Below the pieces are notes generated by a model. That model made no database searches. It was not told the origin of the DNA and saw only the letters and a program-made list of their open reading frames with translations. The translations under genes and the position numbers were made by a program. Below are positions 63,620 to 64,000 of a stretch of 64,000 bases of DNA, piece by piece; position 1 is the stretch's first letter, and every line of letters starts with the position of its first letter. Origin of the DNA: Euryhalocaulis sp. (GTDB taxonomy: Bacteria; Pseudomonadota; Alphaproteobacteria; Caulobacterales; Maricaulaceae); the NCBI GenBank assembly GCA_050486445.1, contig JBJHDH010000011.1, forward strand, positions 2,870 to 66,869, in the 5' to 3' direction.

Positions 63620-64000
63620 CTAGCCCAGACCGAGCGCGCGGGCGAGTTGCGCGGATGCATCCGGCGCGGCGGGGTCGAGCCGGGGCCAGTCCGCCATCTG
63701 GTTACGCAGCCAGGTGCGCTGGCGCTTGGCGTATTGGCGGGTGGCGATAACCGTGCGCTGGATTGCCTTCTCTTCCCCGATCTCGCCGCGCGCCAGCGCC
63801 GCGAATTCCGCCGCGCCCAGCGCCTTCATCGCCGGCATATCCGGGTCCAGCGCCCGCGCGGCCAGCACCGCCGCCTCTTCCTTCGCGCCCTGCGCCAGCA
63901 TCCCGCGCAGCCGCGCCTCGATCCGCGCATTCAGCCAGGCTGTTTCAGGAAACAGCGCCACGCCGCGCCAGCGCCCGGCCGCCAATACCGGTTGCGTCCG
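63620..64000 (-). CDS. miaA: tRNA dimethylallyltransferase MiaA, C-terminal part (5' end beyond window)
   Basis: ...MKALGAAEFAALARGEIGEEKAIQRTVIATRQYAKRQRTWLRNQ... The reading frame stays open to the window end. Confidence 0.8.
   Translation of the reverse strand, partial: RTQPVLAAGRWRGVALFPETAWLNARIEARLRGMLAQGAKEEAAVLAARALDPDMPAMKALGAAEFAALARGEIGEEKAIQRTVIATRQYAKRQRTWLRNQMADWPRLDPAAPDASAQLARALGLG

Overview
GC-rich bacterial chromosome, probably alphaproteobacterial. That placement is an inference from gene order (tig-clpP-clpX-lon, mreBCD-mrdA-rodA, sdhE-mfd next to recG) and from short palindromic intergenic elements. Almost all of the 64 kb is conserved housekeeping. It holds biotin synthesis (bioA, truncated at the left edge and missing from the ORF track, divergent from bioF-bioD), pheA, Lon/ClpXP/trigger factor, Mfd, SdhE, SecF, RecG, an NHEJ pair (ligD-ku), a lactate permease, FAH plus maleylacetoacetate isomerase, an Mla-like ABC/MCE operon, proline iminopeptidase, the cell-elongation cluster and a partial miaA. 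There are three tRNAs: Val-TAC, Leu-TAG and Lys-CTT. I saw no CRISPR array, integrase, transposase, restriction-modification or toxin-antitoxin signature, and no convincing new multi-gene system. The most unusual loci are small. (1) A 684-bp duplication unit with perfect 75-bp direct repeats brackets an AT-rich insert that splits an SRPBCC-ArsR-MoaD-like operon. (2) A ~1-kb AT-richer islet sits against the 3' end of tRNA-Lys, bounded by a degenerate copy of the tRNA end and carrying two divergent small exported proteins. (3) An MBL-fold hydrolase has an inserted EF-hand pair. (4) Two low-complexity secreted proteins lie side by side. (5) Several hairpin-mosaic intergenic elements occur, plus an orphan intrinsic terminator. 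Many long ORFs in the track are antisense GC artefacts. All family calls come from motif recognition by eye, not from searches.
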